From positions 1-41,671 of the forward strand of contig CBFGTB010000003.1 of NCBI GenBank assembly GCA_965651715.1: DNA of 41,671 nt. Direction: 5' to 3'. Source of the DNA: an uncultured Gemmatimonadales bacterium (GTDB taxonomy: Bacteria; Gemmatimonadota; Gemmatimonadetes; Gemmatimonadales; GWC2-71-9). The notes beneath the pieces were generated by a model that was not told the DNA's origin, did no database searches, and saw only the letters and a program-made list of their open reading frames with translations. This document shows, in pieces, positions 8,748 to 18,279 of this stretch. Position 1 is the stretch's first letter; each line of letters begins with the position of its first letter. The position numbers and the translations under genes are program-made.

Positions 8748-9688
8748 CGCCGTCGGCACCGATCGAGGTCATCGATTCCCACACCGCGGGCGAGCCGACC
8801 CGGGTGGTGATTGCGGGCTGGCCGCTGCCGGCAGGCGAGTCGGTCGCGGCCCGGCGCGAGACGCTGCGGCGCGACCACGATCAGTTCCGCCGCGCCGTGA
8901 TCCTTGAACCGCGCGGACATGAGGCCATCGTCGGTGCGCTGCTGCTGCCACCGGATCGCCCCACAGCGGCGGCGGCCGTGGTGTTTTTCAACGATGTGTC
9001 GTGGTTGGGCATGTGCGGCCACGGCACCATCGGTGTGGTGCGGACACTCGAACATCTCGGCCGGATCCAACCGGGCCAGGTGGAACTGGACACGCCGGTG
9101 GGGCCGGTGCGTGCCACGCTTCACACCGATGGATCTGTCACGGTGCGCAACGTCCCCGCCTACCTGCACCGCGCCGATGTCGCTGTCGCGGTGCCGGGGG
9201 TGGGGCAGGTGATCGGCGACGTGGCCTGGGGGGGCAACTGGTTCTTTCTGGTCCGCGAGCCGGTGGTCTCACTCGACTATGCCCGACGGGCCGAATTGCT
9301 GCGTCTCACCACTGCCATCCGCGATGCGCTGGCCGCCGCAGGTGAATGCGGAGCCGACGGCGAGCTGATTGATCACGTCGAGCTGTTCGGGCCGCCGGTC
9401 GATCCGGCCGCCGATGCCCGCAACTTCGTCCTCTGTCCCGGATCAGCCTACGATCGGTCGCCCTGCGGCACCGGTACGTCGGCCAAGATGGCTGCGCTGC
9501 ACCACCGGGGGCAGCTCGCTCTGGGGACCGAGTGGCGTCAGGAAAGCATCATCGGTTCGCAGTTTGTCGGCTGGCTCGAGCGGGACGGCGATGCGCTGAT
9601 CCCCCACATTCGCGGCACGGCTCATATCACGGCGCAGACGACGCTGCGTTTTGATCCAGCCGATCCGTTCCGCACGGGCATCGGGTGA
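8744..9688 (+). CDS. lhpA: 4-hydroxyproline 2-epimerase (proline racemase family)
   Basis: DSHTAGEPTR, MCGH and DRSPCGTGT Cys/Cys dyad; ATGA overlap with upstream gene. Confidence 0.9.
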   Translation: MTPSAPIEVIDSHTAGEPTRVVIAGWPLPAGESVAARRETLRRDHDQFRRAVILEPRGHEAIVGALLLPPDRPTAAAAVVFFNDVSWLGMCGHGTIGVVRTLEHLGRIQPGQVELDTPVGPVRATLHTDGSVTVRNVPAYLHRADVAVAVPGVGQVIGDVAWGGNWFFLVREPVVSLDYARRAELLRLTTAIRDALAAAGECGADGELIDHVELFGPPVDPAADARNFVLCPGSAYDRSPCGTGTSAKMAALHHRGQLALGTEWRQESIIGSQFVGWLERDGDALIPHIRGTAHITAQTTLRFDPADPFRTGIG

Positions 9689-10806
9689 GCCTCCCCGACG
9701 CGATCGTGATCGGAGGCGGCCTGGTAGGCGCCGCGATCAGCCGCGATCTCGCCGCGCAGGGAGTGGCGGTGGAGTTGATCGAACAACACTTCCCGGGCGC
9801 GGGGAGCACCGGCGCGGCGATGGGCCATCTGGTGGTGATGGACGACTCACCCGCCCAACTGGCGCTGGGCAGTTGGTCGCTGCAGCGGTGGCGGCAGTGG
9901 TTGACCGAATTCCCCAGCGATGTCGAGCCCAGCCACTGCGGCACATTGTGGCTGGCGCGGAATGACGCCGAAATGCAGGTCGCCGCCGCCAAGGTGGAGC
10001 GCTTTGCGGCCTGGGGTGTAACCAGCGAGCTGCTCGATGCGGCGGCGCTCCGACAGGCCGAACCGGCGCTGCGCCAGGGCATGGCGGGAGGCCTTCGGGT
10101 GCCGGGGGATATGGTCTGCTATCCGCCGGCAGTGGCGCGCGCACTTGTGGCAGCGGCGGAGGCCTGCGGCGCCACGCTGCGTCGGGGACGGGTGGTGGAA
10201 CTCGAACCGGGCGGGGTCCGCCTTGCCGATGGGTCGCGGCGGCAGGCGGGTGTGACGATCCTGGCGGCGGGCGCCGAGTCGGCGGCGCTGCTGCCTGAGC
10301 TGCCGCTGGTTCCGCGGCGTGGGCATCTGGTCATCACCGATCGCACTGCGCTGCGTGTGCATCACCAACTTGTTGAATTGGGCTACCTCGATTCGGCGCA
10401 CAGCATGGGCGGCGCATCGGTGGCGTTCAACGTGCAGCCGCGCCGCACCGGTCAGTTGCTGATCGGTTCATCGCGTGAGCTGGTCGGGTTCGATCGCCAG
10501 TTCAATCGGGAATTGCTGGCGGCGATGCTGGCTCGGGCGACCGACTATCTGCCCGGCCTGGCGGCAGTGAGTGCGCTGCGCGCGTGGCTGGGCTACCGAC
10601 CGGCGACGCCCGACGCACTCCCGCTGATCGGTCAGTGGTCGGCCCGTCCCGGCGTCTGGGTTGCCACCGGTCACGAAGGCCTGGGGATCACCATGGCGCC
10701 GGTGACTGCTGCGCTGATCACCGCCTTGATCACCGACGCCGCTCCGCCCGTCGATCCAACTCCCTATCGCCCCGAGCGGGTCATGCCGCATGAGGTGATC
10801 AATTGA
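9685..10806 (+). CDS. lhpB: D-hydroxyproline dehydrogenase beta subunit (DAO-family FAD oxidoreductase)
   Basis: GGGLVG FAD motif, GSTGAAMGHL, RPATPDALPLIG, GHEGLGIT; operon context. Confidence 0.82.
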   Translation: MSLPDAIVIGGGLVGAAISRDLAAQGVAVELIEQHFPGAGSTGAAMGHLVVMDDSPAQLALGSWSLQRWRQWLTEFPSDVEPSHCGTLWLARNDAEMQVAAAKVERFAAWGVTSELLDAAALRQAEPALRQGMAGGLRVPGDMVCYPPAVARALVAAAEACGATLRRGRVVELEPGGVRLADGSRRQAGVTILAAGAESAALLPELPLVPRRGHLVITDRTALRVHHQLVELGYLDSAHSMGGASVAFNVQPRRTGQLLIGSSRELVGFDRQFNRELLAAMLARATDYLPGLAAVSALRAWLGYRPATPDALPLIGQWSARPGVWVATGHEGLGITMAPVTAALITALITDAAPPVDPTPYRPERVMPHEVIN

Positions 10807-11054
10807 CTCAGGACGTGACCATCATCGTCAACGGCGTGCCGCGGCGCGTGGCAGCCGATCTGACCCTGGCCGTGGCGCTGTGGCAGCTCGATCACCAGGC
10901 CTTTCGCCGCGACGGCTCCGGCGCGCCGCGGGCACCGCTCTGTGCCATGGGTGTCTGTCACGAGTGCCGGGTCGTGGTGGATGATCGTCCCGGGGTGCGC
11001 TCCTGTCTGATACTGGTGCGCGAGGGATTGCGCGTCGATCTGGAGACCTCATGA
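10803..11054 (+). CDS. (2Fe-2S)-binding subunit of D-hydroxyproline dehydrogenase
   Basis: LCAMGVCHEC...RSC cysteine pattern, 83 aa, TTG start overlapping upstream stop. Confidence 0.85.
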   Translation: MTQDVTIIVNGVPRRVAADLTLAVALWQLDHQAFRRDGSGAPRAPLCAMGVCHECRVVVDDRPGVRSCLILVREGLRVDLETS

Positions 11055-12346
11055 CCACCACCCGGCGCTACGATCTTGTCGTCATCGGCGCGGGGCCTGC
11101 CGGCCTGGCGGCGGCCGACGCTGCGGCTCAATGCGGCAAGCGGGTGCTGCTGCTCGATCAGGCGCCCCGCATCGGCGGGCAGATCTGGCGCCACCGCGAC
11201 CGGGCCACAGTACCGTCACGGGGACGGCAGCTCATGGCGACACTGGAGTCGGCGCGGATCTCGGTTGCCGTGGCAGCGGTGATCATCGACATCCCCTCGC
11301 CCGATCGGTTGCTGGTCACCATCCACGGACGGACCGTGGTCATCGAGACAGCGGCGTTGGTGCTGGCGACCGGAGCCAGCGAACGATTTTTGCCATTTCC
11401 CGGTTGGACTTTGCCCGGTGTGGTGGGGGTCGGAGGATTGCAGGCGCTGATCAAGTCGGGTCTCGACATCAGCGGTCAGCGGGTGGTTCTGGCTGGCAGT
11501 GGCCCGCTGGTCTGGCCGGTGGCGCGCGAGGCGGTCAGGGCCGGCGCGCGGGTCAGTCTGATCGCCGAGCAGGCGACCCTGACGAATCTGCTGGAGTTCG
11601 GGACCGGCCTGGTGCGCTCGCCGGCGACACTGCTGAGAGCCGTGGGGTATCGCGCGGCGACCTGGCGCGCGCCGTTCCGGACCGATAGCTGGGTGCTGCG
11701 GGCCGACGGCGAGGAGCGCCTCACCTCAGCGGTGATGCGGGTGGCGGGGGCGGAGCGGCGATTCGAGTGTGACTGGCTGGCCACGGCGGTGGGGCTGGTG
11801 CCGCGCACTGCGTTGGCCCGTTTGCTGGGCTGCGCGCTCGACGGCGACGCGATTGCCGTGGATCAACAGCAGAGCACCTCGGTGAGCGGGGTCTGGGCGG
11901 CAGGCGAGTGCACCGGGATCAGCGGAGACGAAGGTGCCCGGGTGGAGGGGGCCATCGCCGGTCGGGCCGCCAGCGGCGCGGCAGTGTCACAGCGCTTGCT
12001 GCGCCGACGGGAGTTGACCCGCCGCTTCGGTGCGCGTCTCACTGCGGCATTCGCTCCCCGGGCGGCGCTGCGGGAGCGGGTGGCGAGTCACTGCGTTGTC
12101 TGTCGCTGCGAGGATGTCACGGCCGGCGCGATCGATCCCAACTGGGATGCCCGTCAAGCAAAACTGTGGACCCGGATCGGCATGGGTCCCTGTCAGGGTG
12201 CTGTCTGCGGTCCGGCCTGCGCCATGCTCTACGGTTGGGATGTCAATGTGGTGCGGCCGCCGCTCGATCATCCGGCGATCGGTGAGTGGATCACGGCGCT
12301 TCGGGCGGCGGAGTCAACCGAGCCGCCACGGCCTGCGCGGCCCTGA
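11051..12346 (+). CDS. FAD/NAD(P)-binding alpha subunit of D-hydroxyproline dehydrogenase
   Basis: GAGPAG, GGQIWR, ATGASER-PFPGWTLPGV, C-terminal VCRCEDV...GMGPCQGAVC BFD-like cluster. Confidence 0.85.
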   Translation: MTTTRRYDLVVIGAGPAGLAAADAAAQCGKRVLLLDQAPRIGGQIWRHRDRATVPSRGRQLMATLESARISVAVAAVIIDIPSPDRLLVTIHGRTVVIETAALVLATGASERFLPFPGWTLPGVVGVGGLQALIKSGLDISGQRVVLAGSGPLVWPVAREAVRAGARVSLIAEQATLTNLLEFGTGLVRSPATLLRAVGYRAATWRAPFRTDSWVLRADGEERLTSAVMRVAGAERRFECDWLATAVGLVPRTALARLLGCALDGDAIAVDQQQSTSVSGVWAAGECTGISGDEGARVEGAIAGRAASGAAVSQRLLRRRELTRRFGARLTAAFAPRAALRERVASHCVVCRCEDVTAGAIDPNWDARQAKLWTRIGMGPCQGAVCGPACAMLYGWDVNVVRPPLDHPAIGEWITALRAAESTEPPRPARP

Positions 12347-12731
12347 TGAACTCCGCTGTCTGCTCGTGGCCCAGCTCGGCACTCACCGCCTCGCCCAACT
12401 CACTCCAGCAGCGACGCACCGCGACCTCGAGCAGGCGGGAGCGCGGGGTGGGATACAGTTTGAAGCTGCGCCCGTCATCGGGATCGCGGCGGCGTTCCAC
12501 CCACCCGGCCCGCTCGAGCCGGTGGACCATCCGGGTGACTGTGGGCGGTTCAATACCGAGCCGCGCCGCGAGTGTCGACGGGCTGGAGCCGGGTGTATCC
12601 CAGAGTTGCACCAGCAGCGCATCCTGACCGGGATGAACGCCGTAGCCCGCCAGCAGTGCTCCCTGTCGGGCCCGCAGCGCGCGGGCAAAGGCCAGCAGGG
12701 TGGCGGTGGTCGCATCGGGAGTGGATGTCAT
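12291..12731 (-). CDS. MarR family transcriptional regulator
   Basis: LAARLGIEPPTVTRMVHRLERAGWVERRRDPDDGR; ATG overlaps copD stop (ATGA). Confidence 0.88.
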   Translation of the reverse strand: MTSTPDATTATLLAFARALRARQGALLAGYGVHPGQDALLVQLWDTPGSSPSTLAARLGIEPPTVTRMVHRLERAGWVERRRDPDDGRSFKLYPTPRSRLLEVAVRRCWSELGEAVSAELGHEQTAEFIRAAQAVAARLTPPPEAP

Positions 12732-13654
12732 CCGGTCAGATCGATCGGCAGCGGTTGGCTCACCAGCAGGGCGGTGACAGCGACAATGGCGATCGCCAGC
12801 GCCAGCTCGATGACCACGCTGCGTCGCAACCGGGCAGCAGCGGCACGTTCCTCCTGTTCCAGCCGCGGGGTCACCACCCGCCAATTGTACCATCCCAGCG
12901 CCATGACCCCGAGCAGAATGGCCAGCTTGATCAGCAGCAGGCGACCCCAGGCGGCGTCGGGCAGATCGAGCAAGCGACCGGTGTACCGCCAGGTCGCGAC
13001 CACGCCGCTGGCGACCAGCAGCAGGGCCCCGGCGCGGGCCGATCGGGAGAAGCGCGCGATGATCAGTGCCAACGCGCGCCGGGCGTCGTGGACCCAGAGG
13101 CTGGGGATCACGGTGAGCGCCAGCACGGTCAGAGTGCCGATCCAGAGCCCGCCGCCCAACAGATGGGTGGCATGGACCAGTCGACCGAGCCAGAGCGGCT
13201 GCCACAGCGCTTCGACGCCATGTCCCATGCCCGCTTCGGCCACCACCAGCACGGCCCCGGTGACAGCCACAGCCCGTCGTTGGGCGCGCGGTCGGCGGGC
13301 GAACAGCCACGCCAGAGCGAGCATGATGAACGCCGCAGCCAGTTCGGCCATCCAGGCCTTGCCCCAGGCGCCGGCGGTCAGGACTGCTGCGACGAGTTCG
13401 CTGTCGGGCGGCGCGCCGGGATCGCTGAACGCGAGCAGTTGCAGCGCGCCGCGGATCAGGGTCAGCATCAGGAGAAACCAGGCCAACAGCGACGGCAGCC
13501 GCTGCAACCAGCCGGCGATGGTCGCCTGGCTGGCCGGATCGAACTCGGCTGCGGCGTCGTCGACCAGCCGACCGGTGACGACCAATCCGATCACCATCAT
13601 CATGGTGAACAGGATCAGGCCATGGACCAGCGGAGTGACAATGGGCAGCGGCAT
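12728..13654 (-). CDS. CopD family copper transport/resistance membrane protein
   Basis: ~8 TM helices, GMGHG, HATHLLGGGLWIG, RFS, WGRLLLIK motifs. Confidence 0.8.
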   Translation of the reverse strand: MPLPIVTPLVHGLILFTMMMVIGLVVTGRLVDDAAAEFDPASQATIAGWLQRLPSLLAWFLLMLTLIRGALQLLAFSDPGAPPDSELVAAVLTAGAWGKAWMAELAAAFIMLALAWLFARRPRAQRRAVAVTGAVLVVAEAGMGHGVEALWQPLWLGRLVHATHLLGGGLWIGTLTVLALTVIPSLWVHDARRALALIIARFSRSARAGALLLVASGVVATWRYTGRLLDLPDAAWGRLLLIKLAILLGVMALGWYNWRVVTPRLEQEERAAAARLRRSVVIELALAIAIVAVTALLVSQPLPIDLTG

Positions 13655-13777
13655 CTCTCACGTCGCGACGACGGGACCAGTCGGTCCCACCGAGCCGATA
13701 TCGGCGTGGGTGGGATGTGATCGGATCGAGACAATACTATGCTTGATTGCTGCCTGACCCCAACCCTGCGAGTCACG

Positions 13778-15328
13778 ATGTCGACTGGACCCCTCTCCCG
13801 TGCCGCGCTGTCGCTGATGGCTGTCCTGCCGCTGGCGGCGCAGACTCCCGCATCTCCGCCCGCGCTGGTGGTGCATCTGTCGGTCGATCAGCTCCGGGCC
13901 GACTATCTCGAACGGTGGCAGAACGAGTTCACCGGCGGCCTGGCGCGATTGATGGCTCATGGCGCGGTGATGCTGGCCGGCGAGCAGAATCATGCAGTGA
14001 CACAGACGGCCCCGGGCCACGCATCAATGATGTCGGGGCGCTGGCCCTACAGCACCGGCATCGTCGTCAATGATCGCGGCGTGCCCGATGCCGACTATCC
14101 GTTGATCGGCACCGACGGGCCGGGCGCGTCGCCGCGTCGCTTCCGCGGTACCACGGTGTACGACTGGATGCGGGCTCACGATTCGACGGTCCGGGTACTG
14201 TCGGTGTCGCGCAAGGATCGGGGGGCGATCCTGCCGGTGGGTCGCGCTGCCGGCGAGGTGTTCTGGTTCGATCACGGCCGCTTCACCACCTCGCGATGGT
14301 ACGGCAGTCGGCTGCCCGACTGGGTGACCCGCTGGAACGCGACGGATCCGGTGGCCGCGCTGATGGGACGGGTCTGGACTCCGCTGCCCGATGTCGACTA
14401 TCCGGAGGTCGATGCCCGCGCCGTTGAGCGCGGCGGCCGCAACAATACCTTCCCCTATCCGTTGCCGAGCGATCCGGCGCGCGCCGCCAGCGAGATCACA
14501 AATCATCCGGTCATGGATTCGCTCACTCTCGATTTCGCCTGGACCGGCGTGCGGGCGATGCATCTGGGACAGCAGGGCCATCCGGATTTCCTGGCCGTGT
14601 CGTTGTCGACCACCGATGCCATCGGACATCGCTATGGTCCGGGCTCGCTCGAAGTGCACGACCAGGTGCGGCGGCTCGATCGGCAGTTGGGCTGGTTCCT
14701 CGATTCGTTGGCCAGTGTGATTCCGCTTGATCGGGTGATCATTTCTCTCACCGCCGACCACGGCTCGACCGAGTACCCCGAGGCGGGCGGTGGCGAACGA
14801 TTCTCACTCAGCACCGAGGTGCGGGAACTGCGCGACTGGGCGCGGGACCGTTGGAACATCGGTCTCGACGTCGATGCCCAGAGCGGTCTCATGCTGGCCG
14901 ACACTGCGGCGCTGGCCGCCCGCGGCGTCGCGATCGACTCCCTGGCCGAGGCGCTGCGGCAGCGGATTCTGCCGCGCCGCGGGGTGCGCGATGTGCTGAC
15001 TCCGGCGCGGTTGCAGCAGCGGAGCGATGCGGAAGCCGAGCTGTGGCGCCATCAGATTCCGCCCGATGTCGGCTGGCTGGTCGGCGCGGCGATCGCCCCG
15101 GGGTGGGTCTATGGCAGCAGCAGCAGCTCGACCGGTCATGGCAGTACCAATCTGTCGGATCGCCGTGTCCCGATTCTGATCATGGCGGCGGGGGTTCCGG
15201 CGAAGCTGATTACCCGCCCGGTCGACGTGGTCGATCTGGCACCGACCATTGCCGCGTTGGCCGGCGTGACCCCCACCGAGCCACTTGATGGTCACATTAT
15301 TCCTGAAGTCGTCTCATCCCGGAGGTAG
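13778..15328 (+). CDS. Secreted alkaline phosphatase superfamily protein (PafA-like)
   Basis: Signal peptide, VDQLRAD, Thr nucleophile TQTAPGH, TDAIGH, TADHG, GHGS. Confidence 0.88.
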   Translation: MSTGPLSRAALSLMAVLPLAAQTPASPPALVVHLSVDQLRADYLERWQNEFTGGLARLMAHGAVMLAGEQNHAVTQTAPGHASMMSGRWPYSTGIVVNDRGVPDADYPLIGTDGPGASPRRFRGTTVYDWMRAHDSTVRVLSVSRKDRGAILPVGRAAGEVFWFDHGRFTTSRWYGSRLPDWVTRWNATDPVAALMGRVWTPLPDVDYPEVDARAVERGGRNNTFPYPLPSDPARAASEITNHPVMDSLTLDFAWTGVRAMHLGQQGHPDFLAVSLSTTDAIGHRYGPGSLEVHDQVRRLDRQLGWFLDSLASVIPLDRVIISLTADHGSTEYPEAGGGERFSLSTEVRELRDWARDRWNIGLDVDAQSGLMLADTAALAARGVAIDSLAEALRQRILPRRGVRDVLTPARLQQRSDAEAELWRHQIPPDVGWLVGAAIAPGWVYGSSSSSTGHGSTNLSDRRVPILIMAAGVPAKLITRPVDVVDLAPTIAALAGVTPTEPLDGHIIPEVVSSRR

Positions 15329-15333
15329 GTCCC

Positions 15334-16542
15334 ATGCGTCGTCTGCTCTGTTCATTGCTGTGTCTCATCGCACCGACCGTCCTGGCGGCCCAGGCCGACG
15401 AAGACGCCGCCCTGCGCCACGCCCGCGAGCTGCTGGCGAGCCGTCCGATCATCGATGGACACAACGACCTGCCGTGGGAAATTCGGGTCAACCCGATGTC
15501 GAAGATGGATGTCACCAAGTATCCGCTCCGGACCCCGGCCCCGGGGCAGACCGACTTTGCCCGGCTCAAGACCGGTGGGATCGGCGGGCAGTTCTGGTCG
15601 GTATACACCCCGGGCGATCAGCCGGATTCGGGCTTTGCCCGGGTGCAGCTCGAGCAGATCGATATCGCGCGCCGGTTGATCGCGCGCTACCCCGATCAGT
15701 TGCAGTTGGCGCTCAGCGCCGACGATGTGGTCGCGGCGCGCAAGGCCGGCCGGATCGCCTCGCTGCTGGGCCTCGAAGGCGGTCACGCGATTGAGAACTC
15801 GCTCGGTGCACTGCGGATGTACTATGCCCTGGGCGTTCGCTACATGACGCTGACCCACGACGTCACGCTCGATTGGGCCGACGCCGCCAATGGCGAGAAG
15901 GTCCACGGCGGTCTCACCGACTTCGGGCGCGATGTGGTGCGGGAGATGAACCGGCTCGGCATGGTGGTGGATCTCAGCCACGTGTCGGCCGGTACCATGT
16001 CCGATGCGCTCAGTGTCACCCAGGCGCCGGTGATGTTCTCCCACTCCTCAGCGCGCGCCATTACCGATGTGCCGCGCAACGTCCCCGATTCGATTCTGTT
16101 GCGGGTCAAGCAGAACGGTGGCGTGGTGATGGTGGCCTTTGTCGACGGCTTCGTGACGCACGGTCACGAGGATTGGGTCGCCGCCAACGACTCGGCCACG
16201 GCGGCCATCCGCGCCGCAGCCGGCAGCGAGGACGAACGGCGCACCGCGTTGCGCGAATGGCGCCGGGCACATCCGCGCCCCCGCGCCACGGCCGCCGATG
16301 TGGCCGATCACATCGAACACATTCGTGATCTGATCGGGGTGGATCACGTCGGGCTCGGCGCCGACTACGACGGCACCACCAGTCTGCCGGTCGGGATGGA
16401 GGATGTCACCGGGTATCCGCTCCTGTTCGCCGAACTGATCCGGCGCGGCTGGAGCGACGCCGACCTGCTCAAGCTGGCCGGCGAGAACATCCTCAGGGTG
16501 CTGCGGGAGGTGGAGCAGGTCCGCGACCGGTTGGCTGCCTGA
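15334..16542 (+). CDS. Secreted membrane-dipeptidase family (M19) peptidase
   Basis: Signal peptide, IDGHND, GLEG, DLSH, FSHS, GADYDG. Confidence 0.92.
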   Translation: MRRLLCSLLCLIAPTVLAAQADEDAALRHARELLASRPIIDGHNDLPWEIRVNPMSKMDVTKYPLRTPAPGQTDFARLKTGGIGGQFWSVYTPGDQPDSGFARVQLEQIDIARRLIARYPDQLQLALSADDVVAARKAGRIASLLGLEGGHAIENSLGALRMYYALGVRYMTLTHDVTLDWADAANGEKVHGGLTDFGRDVVREMNRLGMVVDLSHVSAGTMSDALSVTQAPVMFSHSSARAITDVPRNVPDSILLRVKQNGGVVMVAFVDGFVTHGHEDWVAANDSATAAIRAAAGSEDERRTALREWRRAHPRPRATAADVADHIEHIRDLIGVDHVGLGADYDGTTSLPVGMEDVTGYPLLFAELIRRGWSDADLLKLAGENILRVLREVEQVRDRLAA

Positions 16543-17224
16543 CAACCACCAGGCCGAAGGTCAGGATCGCGATCGCGATCCCGAACCACTGCAACGCGTA
16601 GGAGAGGTGCGGCCCCTCGTCGAGCGACGGGGGAGCGATGGTCGGGACGCCACCCAGGGTGGTGTCGGGTGCCTCGAGGTAGACGAACATCGCCAGCGCC
16701 CGGGGATCGCGGTGGGCGAGAAAGTCGGCATCGAGCCGCTGCCAGGTGGTGTCCGAGCCGATCACCAGCGGATGGCCGTGGTCGGACGTCTCACTCGCGG
16801 CGGCCGCGATCCCGCTGATGGTCACCGGCCCATGGCGATAGTCGGGCAGCGGCCACTCGGGCCGGACTCCGTCGGCGGCATTCACGAATCCGCGCAGCAC
16901 CCAGGCCACAACCTCGCCGCCCTCGACTTCGAACGGGGTGACCACCTCGACGCCGGGGGCATCCCGATAGGCGCGGTTGCGCAGTAACAGAGTGCCCTGG
17001 TCGCGGAAGTGGCCCCGGGCGATGATCCGCCGGCCCACCAGGGCGGAATCGGCGACGCCCGCAACAGTGAGATCGACCGGCGGGAGATCCCGGGCCGCCA
17101 GCAGGACGGCATTGGCGGTCCGGCGCTGCTCCAATCGGTTGAGCTGCCAGATTCCCAGCCGGACTGCCACGATGGCGAGCAGGATGACAAGCACCTGGGT
17201 CAAACGGCGGCGCTGTCGGGACAT
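16493..17224 (-). CDS. SURF1 family protein
   Basis: N-terminal TM then LGIWQLNR, VVTPF, VLRGFV, C-terminal HLSYALQWF + TM. Confidence 0.9.
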   Translation of the reverse strand: MSRQRRRLTQVLVILLAIVAVRLGIWQLNRLEQRRTANAVLLAARDLPPVDLTVAGVADSALVGRRIIARGHFRDQGTLLLRNRAYRDAPGVEVVTPFEVEGGEVVAWVLRGFVNAADGVRPEWPLPDYRHGPVTISGIAAAASETSDHGHPLVIGSDTTWQRLDADFLAHRDPRALAMFVYLEAPDTTLGGVPTIAPPSLDEGPHLSYALQWFGIAIAILTFGLVVVRQPTGRGPAPPPAAP

Positions 17225-17284
17225 GATCGACCCTCCGAGTGGACACTGCGACTGATCCCGGTGGCGTGAAAATGGGACAAGTCA

Positions 17285-17312
17285 TTGACGTCACTGAAGA
17301 TAGATGTATGGT
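17285..17312 (+). promoter_or_regulatory. sigma70-type promoter of OM beta-barrel gene
   Basis: TTGACG (17285-17290), 16-nt spacer, TATGGT (17307-17312). Confidence 0.5.
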
Positions 17313-17393
17313 ACGCCGTCTGCTTACAGCCCAGGGGGGAGAATGACCCCGGTACGGCTGTTCACCGCTTCGCTGACTCAGGAGAGATGCGCC

Positions 17394-18023
17394 ATGCGCG
17401 GTACACTATCAACGCTTGCTCTGATTGTGCTCACCCTCGGAGGAACCCATCAGGCTGTCGCACAGCATCGGCGTGACGCCGGTCGCGGGCTGATCGAACT
17501 GCCCCCCGAAGGCGTCCGCGGCGGCTTCTACATCGGCGGCGGCATCGGGGCCGGTCGCGAGTCATACAAGTTCTCCGACGAAGCCGATTTCACCGACCCG
17601 CTCACCAAGCCGAGCGTCACGCTCCGTCTCGGTGGAACGCCCGAATCGTCGATCCGTCTCGGCGGCGAATTGTTTGCCTGGGGCAACGAGGAGTTCGATC
17701 GGACCGAATACTTCTCAGCTCTGCTCGGCACTGTGCAGTTCTACCCGATCCGCGACGGCGGGCTCTGGCTCAAGGGCGGAGCCGGTTTGGCGTTCAGCGG
17801 CCAGGACTTCGATGATCCCAGTTTCTTCGATGCCAACGAGACAGGTTTTGGTTGGAGCGTCGGCGCCGGATACGAGGTTCAGGTCTCCCGGGCGGTGGGC
17901 ATCGGGCCGTCGGTGGAGTTCTATCAGGGCAGTTTCACCCAGCGGGATGAGCCGACATTGACCGAGCGCGTTCTCAATATCGGCGTTCAGGTCACCTTTC
18001 AGACCGGGGGGCGTCGCCGTTGA
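17394..18023 (+). CDS. Outer membrane beta-barrel protein (OmpA/OmpW-like 8-strand)
   Basis: Signal peptide, amphipathic strands (GFYIGGGIG, LKGGAG, GWSVGAGYE, IGVQVTF); SD GGAGAG upstream. Confidence 0.8.
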   Translation: MRGTLSTLALIVLTLGGTHQAVAQHRRDAGRGLIELPPEGVRGGFYIGGGIGAGRESYKFSDEADFTDPLTKPSVTLRLGGTPESSIRLGGELFAWGNEEFDRTEYFSALLGTVQFYPIRDGGLWLKGGAGLAFSGQDFDDPSFFDANETGFGWSVGAGYEVQVSRAVGIGPSVEFYQGSFTQRDEPTLTERVLNIGVQVTFQTGGRRR

Positions 18024-18048
18024 CCGATCCGGGCGGGGCGGGTATGTT
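18020..18048 (+). promoter_or_regulatory. sigma70-type promoter for tRNA-Leu/Thr
   Basis: TTGACC (18020-18025, includes upstream TGA stop), 17-nt spacer, TATGTT (18043-18048). Confidence 0.7.
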
Positions 18049-18060
18049 TTCGCCCGCCAC

Positions 18061-18142
18061 GCCCTGGTGGTGAAACTGGTAGACACGCTATCTTGAGGGG
18101 GTAGTGCCGCAAGGCGTCGCGGTTCGAATCCGCGCCAGGGCA
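18061..18142 (+). tRNA. trnL: tRNA-Leu(GAG)
   Basis: Acceptor GCCCTGG/CCAGGGC, anticodon arm CTATC-TT-GAG-GG-GGTAG, long variable arm GCC-GCAA-GGC, T-loop TTCGAAT. Confidence 0.95.
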
Positions 18143-18159
18143 TGCTCCAGATCCCTCCC

Positions 18160-18231
18160 GCCACTGTAGCTCAGCGGTAGAGCACTCGATTCGTAATCGA
18201 GCGGTCGTCGGTTCGATCCCGACCAGTGGCT
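18160..18231 (+). tRNA. trnT: tRNA-Thr(CGT)
   Basis: Acceptor GCCACTG/CAGTGGC, anticodon arm CTCGA-TT-CGT-AA-TCGAG, T-arm GTCGG-TTCGATC-CCGAC. Confidence 0.95.
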
Positions 18232-18279
18232 TTGCCACAGGCCAGTCAGGGCGCGGGGTTGCGGGAGGCCGTTATTCAT

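Noticed and set aside
9685-12346. HCN synthase (hcnABC) or opine oxidase
   Set aside because: Same three-subunit families, but the adjacent Cys/Cys epimerase, DapA-like deaminase and ALDH point to D-hydroxyproline dehydrogenase
12291-13661. 456-aa ORF as an extended MarR
   Set aside because: Upstream part is an off-frame reading of copD; MarR starts at 12731
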